From Reclinomonas americana ATCC 50394 (lineage: Eukaryota): a stretch of 20,694 bases of DNA. The notes beneath the pieces were generated by a model that saw nothing but the letters and a program-made list of their open reading frames with translations, was not told where the DNA came from and did not search any database. Shown one piece after another: positions 19,223-20,694 of the stretch. A program made the translations under genes and the position numbers. Location: NCBI GenBank assembly GCA_048213135.1, contig PS015059.1, forward strand, positions 212,511 to 233,204, written 5' to 3'. The number at the start of each line of letters is the position of its first letter. The stretch's first letter is position 1.

Positions 19223-20694
19223 GCTCGCTCGGGATTGTCACCGGTTCCCGCCTTTCTTCTCCCGCCTTGCTCTGAGACGTCGTCCATCCCTCGCCAGGCT
19301 GCAACCAGCACTCCAAAGAGCGTGCGGCAGTGTGGCCGATGTGATTCCCATGATGCGTATGGGCTTTCGAAGACCGACATGGGACTTGTCGATGCGAAGT
19401 CGGCAGCATGGACATGCAAAGATGATGGCACGACGTGACGCTCCACTCCGCTGTGCATGCCCAGCGACACTCCATTTCGACTGACCTGCATTCTCTCTCA
19501 GTAAGGACTGGATTGTCGGGCTGCTTGAATGTGCAGCTCTGACCCAGCTGACACATGTACACGAGAATCCATTGTGCAGCGAGTCAGCGACACCTCACAC
19601 CTCCTTGGCTCGGCCCACAGCGAGGTTGATGAGGTACATACGACGAGCCTCAAGGAACAGGAGAGGAACGACCACCACAGCAGCACAGTGGTGGAAGAGA
19701 CAGTCGTGTCGTGAGACTCCGCCCCCCCCCCCCCTAACCCCAACTCACAATCAATGCCTCGCGCCTTCAATCACACTCACAGTCGGTCGGTGAGTCGTCT
19801 CCAGCATGTACTGTGAAGCACGGAACCACGTGGCTTCGCATGCCAGTGGCCAATCCCTTCCCAGCACGCCTGTGTTACGATCACACAAAGATTGAGTCAG
19901 TCAATCTCCAAATCTCGCCAACTTGTTCCTCAACGCAAGTGTAGAGCACGCACCATGTGTTGCTGGCCTTGCACGAGTCTGCAGTCTCCCATGGCCACCA
20001 GCATCGTCGCTCGGCAGTGAGAGCAGCAACCAAGGTGTGTACATCATCGATCTGCTCCGACTCGCCAGCCGGGATTGAAAACGATCCACCGACAGGCCAC
20101 CCTTGGGGAATCACGACACACACTCCATGGCATCGACCTGCATGAATGAGGTGAGTGGAGGGAAGAAGGAAAGAGAAAGATTACGACACGAACAAGGCCA
20201 CACACCTGCTTCGTGTACGGTGGGATGCGAGTGGGGAGCCGACTGAGTGAGGTGATACCCGGTAACGGGCGATGCACATCACGGTCATTGTCACGACGCA
20301 ACCACCGACAAGAACGTGTTTCCAAGGTGCCTGCATATCGGTGTGCTGTGAGCAAAGGAATGGAGGAAGAGGAGCTCTTGTCTCGCCGACGAACACACCG
20401 ACAAGCACCTTATGCCAACACGCGTTTGGGCAAGCGACAAGCCGAGGGATGCTTCTGCACACACATTCATTCTACAAGAGTGCAGAGTGAGCAGAGTCAG
20501 CACGCAGTCATGCCACTTCGGTATCAGAATGCTTACCAATGCCTAACACGATGGCAGAATGGAAGTCGGCGCATCTTGAGCAGACCAGCATGCATGCTCG
20601 GCCTCGAGCTTGTGCGGGAAGGAGGGGTGGACGACTGGGGAAGATGGTGAGCGCACAAAGGAGGAAGACGGTGGAGAGAGAGAGAGAGAGAGAG

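Larger units (their letters stand above)
15990..19537 (-). repeat. Tandem gene duplication: unit B ~15990-17633, unit A ~17841-19537 (period ~1.9 kb)
   Basis: CDS, intron, ~450-500 bp upstream (ending at ...atgtgcagc, 17633 and 19537) and ~55 bp downstream of the stop align between the units. Confidence 0.9.

Noticed and set aside
19733-19741. ccctaaccc telomere-like unit
   Set aside because: Only about 1.5 units next to a poly-C run; not an array.

Overview
Eukaryotic (protist-like) genomic DNA with GT-AG spliceosomal introns, (CA)n/(GA)n microsatellites and two N gaps. All supported genes are on the minus strand. (1) Positions <1-12925 hold one giant spliced gene: at least 9 exons whose phases join cleanly, about 10.6 kb of CDS, more than 3,500 aa, and still open at the window edge. 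It encodes a probable secreted or surface protein built from seven modules. In each module an NHL-repeat beta-propeller appears to be inserted in the middle of a fibronectin-III-like domain, and at least three uninterrupted FN3-like domains follow. Its introns lie only in the 5' part, and most fall within a few nucleotides of the same Asp codon of the NHL 'YVAD' motif. (2) Positions ~15550-19540 hold a tandem array (period ~1.9 kb) of 7-bladed WD40 genes: two intact copies, one truncated pseudogene, and possibly a fourth relic near 19740-19830. Their repeats have near-identical scaffolds, hypervariable surface positions, and a shared unrecognised C-terminal tail. (3) Positions 20138-20636 show a run of clean splice signals with no open reading frame. 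Domain calls come from motif recognition by eye; no searches were run.
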